In this document: in pieces, positions 59,480 through 64,000 of the stretch
How the letters are laid out: every line of letters begins with the position of its first letter
Numbering within the stretch: the stretch's first letter is position 1
IMG/VR virus record: IMGVR_UViG_3300032285_001531
Reading direction: 5' to 3' (one strand)
Length of the DNA stretch: 64,000 nt
Source: a virus
Lineage: Duplodnaviria; Caudoviricetes
Translations under genes and position numbers: made by a program
The notes under the pieces: model-generated
Seen by the model: only the letters and a program-made list of their open reading frames with translations
Told to the model about the DNA's origin: nothing
Databases searched by the model: none

Positions 59480-59747
59480 ATTTAGACTCTACTATGATGA
59501 TAATGGTGATGTATTATTCTACACCTGTGAAAAACCAGAGGGTAAATATATCGTTATAGATTTAATGACATATCATGCTTGTAGACATGATGTTAAAGTA
59601 ATGGATGGGAAATTAGTTAGTAAGTCAATATTGGTATACATTTCTAAAATAGTTCATGGACATAAAGGAACATCCTGTCACAAAGATGATGTTAGCATAG
59701 TTTATGACAGCAGTGATTCAATTAAATGGCAATTAAAATATGAGTGA
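59460..59747 (+). CDS. Hypothetical protein (~95 aa; start may be 59466)
   Basis: ORF overlapping both neighbours in a coupled operon. Confidence 0.55.
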   Translation: MHMQLPEFRLYYDDNGDVLFYTCEKPEGKYIVIDLMTYHACRHDVKVMDGKLVSKSILVYISKIVHGHKGTSCHKDDVSIVYDSSDSIKWQLKYE

Positions 59748-60684
59748 CGTAATTGAAATAGCAGACCTAGATTGCATTTATCTAAGTTATGATGAACCAC
59801 AAAAAGAAGAATTTTGGGTAAAGATTCAAAACATGGTGCCATGGGCACGTAGAGTAGATGGAGTTAAAGGTAGTGATGCAGCACACAAAGCAGCCGCAGA
59901 AGCCAGCGATACTGAACGATTCATATTGATTGACGGTGACAACATTCCTAATTTTGATTTCTTTAATCTTAAATTAGATTTCACAAATAAAGACCCTAGT
60001 TACAAACAAGCACAGTATCGTTGGAGAGCAGTAAATGCTATCAATGGACTACGATACGGTAACGGTGGTATTAGTTCATGGACTAAGACTTATGTAGAGA
60101 ACATGCGCACACATGAAAATAGCGATGGAGGTGCATCGACCACTGTTGATTTTTGTTTAGACAGTAGCGATAACTTGTATTGGAGTATGTATGATTGTTA
60201 TTCAACTACATATCCTAACTACACACCATTCCAAGCATGGCGTGCCGGGTTTCGTGAAGGTGTAAAGATGTGTCTAGTAAATGGTGTAAAGCCTAGTGTT
60301 GATGAATTCAAGCAAAAAGTTGCAACTAGAAATATGGATAATCTTACTATATGGCATAATGTAGGTATGGATGTTGAGAACGGTAATTGGGCTATTCTAG
60401 GCGCACGTATGGGAACGTATATGACTATGATGACAGATTGGGATAATAATCAAGTTCAATGGTTCGATAACTTTATCACAATGTGGGAAGAATGTAAAGA
60501 TAAGGATCCTATACGTGAATCAACATTATTTGGTGCAGCACTTATGGATAAATTAGGGTTACCTACAGCTACGTTGAGTAAAGAACAAAGTAAATTTTTC
60601 AAACGACACTATATGGCAGACAAACACAACTTGGGGCCATTAGTACGTGAGATGGACGTGATACGAAAGATAGAAGGTTGGTAA
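59740..60684 (+). CDS. Glycosyltransferase-like protein (314 aa)
   Basis: DCIYLSYDEP, RVDGVKGSDAAHKAAA and FILIDGDN (DxD), then NGLRYGNGG and AWRAGFREGVK. Confidence 0.6.
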   Translation: MSDVIEIADLDCIYLSYDEPQKEEFWVKIQNMVPWARRVDGVKGSDAAHKAAAEASDTERFILIDGDNIPNFDFFNLKLDFTNKDPSYKQAQYRWRAVNAINGLRYGNGGISSWTKTYVENMRTHENSDGGASTTVDFCLDSSDNLYWSMYDCYSTTYPNYTPFQAWRAGFREGVKMCLVNGVKPSVDEFKQKVATRNMDNLTIWHNVGMDVENGNWAILGARMGTYMTMMTDWDNNQVQWFDNFITMWEECKDKDPIRESTLFGAALMDKLGLPTATLSKEQSKFFKRHYMADKHNLGPLVREMDVIRKIEGW

Positions 60685-62024
60685 TGAAAATAAAAACTAT
60701 ATTCAAAAATTTATATAGAAAAGTAAGAGTAAAGCTAATAAGGATACAAAAAACAGTGATAGATAAACCTGACTTATCTAATAAATTATGTGCAGTGCCT
60801 TGGATGCACTTAAATTTTGAACCTAATGGCAAAGTAGTTCCTTGCTGTCTTACATCAACTTATAATTATTTTGCAGGAGATTTAACAAAGCAAAGCATTA
60901 ATGATATTTGGAATAGCGGGAATATGAAAGATTTGCGCATTCAAATGATGAACAATGTAGAGCCTGAAATCTGCAGAAAATGTTATGATAAAGAAAGAGT
61001 AACAGGAGAAAGTGGAAGAACATATCACAATCTTGAGTTCAAAAGTGTATTAAAACAGATACCAGTTATTACTAAGTCTGATGGTACTTGTACTAAGATG
61101 GAATTAAAATATTGGGATTTTAGATTTAGTAATTTATGTAATCTGAAGTGTCGCAGTTGTGGTCCGCGCTATAGTTCTGCGTGGGTGCCTGATGCTAAGA
61201 AATTAGGATATGCCGATCAGGAAAAAGTATGGAATATTGAATCAGTAGGTACTACTCCTAATTATGATTTTCTTAAAGAGCAAGTAGAGTATGTTGAGAA
61301 AATATATTTTGCAGGTGGTGAACCTTTATTGATGCCTGAGCATTGGCAGATACTAGACTTATTGGTACAAAATAGAAGATTCGATGTAAAATTATCATAC
61401 AATACAAACTGCACGACTTTAACATACGGTAAAAAGAATATCGTAGATTATTGGGGGCAATGGGAGTTTGGTAAGATAGAAGTATGGCCAAGTTTAGATG
61501 AAATAGATAATCGTGCTGAACTTGTGCGTAGCGGTACTGATTGGAAAAAAGTAGAAGAAAATCTAAAAGAACTCAATGAACTAGACAATATAATTGTGCG
61601 ACCTGGAATAACAGTAGGAGTGTTCAATGTGTTTAGATTGCCGCAAATAATTAATAGACTAGTAGAACTAAATGTTATAAATGAACGACATTGGTATAAA
61701 AACTTTTTTATTAATTTGTTAGAAGATCCAAAGCACTATCATGTTCATGTGCTGCCGGATGAATTTAGACAAAAAACGATAACAGATTTAAACAATTTTG
61801 TCAATGATTATAATAAAAAGTATAGTACTGATATTAGTCCTCACTTCAAACAGATATTGTTTGAATTGACTAGACCTTACAACAGCAAAGCAGCTAAAGA
61901 TTTTTTACGAGTTACTGGAGAAGTTGATAGGATACGCAATGAAGATACATTTGCTACCATTCCAGAATTACATGTTATTAGAATGAAATATCCAAACATA
62001 TATGAAACTGCAAAGAATATATAG
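60684..62024 (+). CDS. Radical SAM protein with an N-terminal SPASM/twitch-like Cys cluster (~446 aa)
   Basis: CAVPW...G.VVPCC and CRKC precede the canonical CNLKCRSC (CxxxCxxC); GGEP; SYNTN. Confidence 0.9.
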   Translation: MKIKTIFKNLYRKVRVKLIRIQKTVIDKPDLSNKLCAVPWMHLNFEPNGKVVPCCLTSTYNYFAGDLTKQSINDIWNSGNMKDLRIQMMNNVEPEICRKCYDKERVTGESGRTYHNLEFKSVLKQIPVITKSDGTCTKMELKYWDFRFSNLCNLKCRSCGPRYSSAWVPDAKKLGYADQEKVWNIESVGTTPNYDFLKEQVEYVEKIYFAGGEPLLMPEHWQILDLLVQNRRFDVKLSYNTNCTTLTYGKKNIVDYWGQWEFGKIEVWPSLDEIDNRAELVRSGTDWKKVEENLKELNELDNIIVRPGITVGVFNVFRLPQIINRLVELNVINERHWYKNFFINLLEDPKHYHVHVLPDEFRQKTITDLNNFVNDYNKKYSTDISPHFKQILFELTRPYNSKAAKDFLRVTGEVDRIRNEDTFATIPELHVIRMKYPNIYETAKNI

Positions 62025-63030
62025 AAACGAAAATCACAATCAGTCATTTTTTGTAGTAGACTGGATGCTACATGATCGTTGCACATATGATTGTAGCTAT
62101 TGTCCTCCCGGTAATAAACAGGGCATTGACACATGGCTAAATCTTTCTACGTTAAAAGAGTTTTGCGATGAATTAGAAAAACACGCAGCAAACGTTGATC
62201 CAAACACTAAGATACTTGCTAATTTCTCTGGCGGGGAACCAACAGTTTGGAAACACTTCCCTGAATTATTAGATGCATTAACACAACGAGGATGGTTAAT
62301 TTCAATCAGTACTAATGGTAGTAGAAGTATAAACTGGTGGAAAGAGAATGCACACAAGCTTACAAGAATAAACTTAAGCTATCATACTGAATCTGTTGTT
62401 GATGATGAATTTTTAGAAAAAGTAAGGGTGTGTGAAGAATACTCACAAACAAGTGTTAATATTATGCTTAATCCTGATCCTAAATTATTTGGTAAAGCTG
62501 TTAATTTTAACAAAAGAGTGTTGGCTGAAACATCTAAAGCAGGAGTGCATAATCATCAAATACAGCACAATTTTGGTATGCAAACTATTATGGTTCCGTA
62601 TTACACTAAAGCACAAAAAGAAATAATGTCAACATTACCAGATAGATATCCTGCTGTACATCCTGATCAAGTTCATATACGTCATAACTATTTTCACAGC
62701 ACAATATATGGTGTTAAGAAAAGTACTGATGGCAGCACACTTATTGATAAACAACTAGTTAATTTTGAAAACTGGATTTGCTCCGCTGGTATTGAAGGAG
62801 TTTTTGTTGATTCTGCAGGCAGAGTAAGTAGAGGTACTTGTAGAATGGGAGGAGAACTAGGTAATATACAAGAACCAAATAAAATAAATTGGCCTACTAC
62901 TCCTGTATTGTGTAAAAAGGATTGGTGCGGTTGTATAACAGATATATTAAAAAGTAAACACGATACTAAGAAATTTACACTAACTGAAAGAATAAAAGAT
63001 TTTATTATGGATGTAAAGAATGGACGCTGA
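62002..63030 (+). CDS. Radical SAM protein with a C-terminal twitch-like domain (342 aa)
   Basis: CTYDCSYC (CxxxCxxC), FSGGEP, STNGS, and C-terminal CSAG...GTC...C....C.C..D. Confidence 0.9.
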   Translation: MKLQRIYRNENHNQSFFVVDWMLHDRCTYDCSYCPPGNKQGIDTWLNLSTLKEFCDELEKHAANVDPNTKILANFSGGEPTVWKHFPELLDALTQRGWLISISTNGSRSINWWKENAHKLTRINLSYHTESVVDDEFLEKVRVCEEYSQTSVNIMLNPDPKLFGKAVNFNKRVLAETSKAGVHNHQIQHNFGMQTIMVPYYTKAQKEIMSTLPDRYPAVHPDQVHIRHNYFHSTIYGVKKSTDGSTLIDKQLVNFENWICSAGIEGVFVDSAGRVSRGTCRMGGELGNIQEPNKINWPTTPVLCKKDWCGCITDILKSKHDTKKFTLTERIKDFIMDVKNGR

Positions 63031-64000
63031 ATTAAAAAGAAGAATGGAACTTTGGAAACAAGGTACATGGGAAATTCCTGAAGATTTAGATACTAGTAAT
63101 TTCGATTTTACTTGGAGACCATTTCATTTTGATAGACCATATATACATCAATTTGGTACACAGCATCAAAAGACAGGTGGCCCTAGATTTATTGTTCCTG
63201 ATAATGAAGGAGTAAAGTATCAGGATTATCAAATAGCAATTAAGTTACCTAACAAAAATAATCGGTGTTGGAGACCATTAGTACCTAATGCTGAGATTGA
63301 TTTTAGTTGGCATCCTGATGATAACGATCCTCCCTTTATACATGTGTTCGGCAATCAATGGTATGATGGTGTAGATATGCCCACGTATCAATATCGTGTA
63401 GCCGGAGCTACTGAAAAGAAGTATGAACATAATCTAAAAGCAAAGTTATTACCTAATCCTTCAAATAGAGGGTTTAGACCATTAAAAATTATAAGTGACT
63501 TTGATTATAGTTGGGTACCGCACCCCAAAGATCCTCCCTTTATATACGTGTTTGGTAATCAATGGTATGATGCTACTGAGATGCCAACACTTGAGTATAG
63601 AGTTAAAGATGCTGTAACTAGAAAGTTTGTAACACATCCTAAAGCTACTCTTAAAATTGAAAAAGTAAAGCTAGAAGATTGTTTACACCATATGGTAATA
63701 GATACAAAATTCAATACAAAGTATATTCACTTTGGTAGTGCAACAGTTGATTATTCAGAAGTAATACCAGAGGATGATTTGTATATACACATCATTGATA
63801 ATGTAGAAGCTATTGTACCTAAAGAAGCTAAATCATTCATATATTCAACACTGTTAGATTATCCTCATATAAAATATCATACATGCGGAATCAAAGCAGT
63901 GCCATTAGACATTATATTTTTAAGTAATGGTGAAGAAGGAGCTGAAGAAAACTATCAGCACTTATTAAGATTGACAAAAAACTTACCTAATAATGTTATT
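63020..64000 (+). CDS. Repeat-containing glycosyltransferase-like protein (partial, runs off the window)
   Basis: ATG 63020, open to 64000. Three FD(F/Y)(S/T)W.P...(D)PP.I..FG.Q repeats, then LDIIFLSNGEE.AEENY, which is homologous to the N-terminus of 59740-60684. Confidence 0.7.
   Translation, partial: MDAELKRRMELWKQGTWEIPEDLDTSNFDFTWRPFHFDRPYIHQFGTQHQKTGGPRFIVPDNEGVKYQDYQIAIKLPNKNNRCWRPLVPNAEIDFSWHPDDNDPPFIHVFGNQWYDGVDMPTYQYRVAGATEKKYEHNLKAKLLPNPSNRGFRPLKIISDFDYSWVPHPKDPPFIYVFGNQWYDATEMPTLEYRVKDAVTRKFVTHPKATLKIEKVKLEDCLHHMVIDTKFNTKYIHFGSATVDYSEVIPEDDLYIHIIDNVEAIVPKEAKSFIYSTLLDYPHIKYHTCGIKAVPLDIIFLSNGEEGAEENYQHLLRLTKNLPNNVI

Noticed and set aside
1-64000. Alternative genetic code (stop-codon reassignment), DGR or mobile elements
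   Set aside because: Genes are full length and densely packed under code 11, with both TAA and TGA used as stops. No reverse transcriptase, TR/VR pair, transposase, homing endonuclease or tRNA was recognised.

Overview
The window is part of the morphogenesis region of a large, AT-rich, T4-related jumbo myophage using the standard genetic code. From recalled family features it most resembles the RaK2/GAP32/Atu_ph07-like group; this was not checked by a search. Left arm (minus strand): three paralogous Asn/Gly-rich fibre genes (one >2,233 aa, running off the window), then gp23 major capsid, gp22 scaffold, gp21 protease, core proteins, gp20 portal and two tandem tape-measure-like paralogues. Centre: a gp26-like chaperone gene with a textbook -1 frameshift signal into the next ORF; a ~460-nt non-coding interval; and an inverted gp55-gp47-gp46-Holliday-junction-resolvase operon with sigma70-type promoters. 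The non-coding interval holds a ~350-nt multi-helix, pseudoknotted RNA candidate followed by an AT-rich tract and DNA-type GNA-triloop hairpins. Right arm (plus strand): baseplate genes (gp48-, gp53-, hub-, gp5-, gp25-, gp6-like), a 5,463-aa giant wedge/adhesin protein and fibre genes, then a glycosyltransferase-like/radical-SAM cluster. Late genes are preceded by an N(A/C)TAAATA gp55-type promoter. Best candidates for undescribed biology: (1) the structured RNA plus origin-like element at 21768-22215; (2) lambda G/GT-style frameshifting in a T4-type gp26/gp51 pair; (3) a possible virion glycosylation system. No CRISPR array, tRNA, integrase or transposase was seen.
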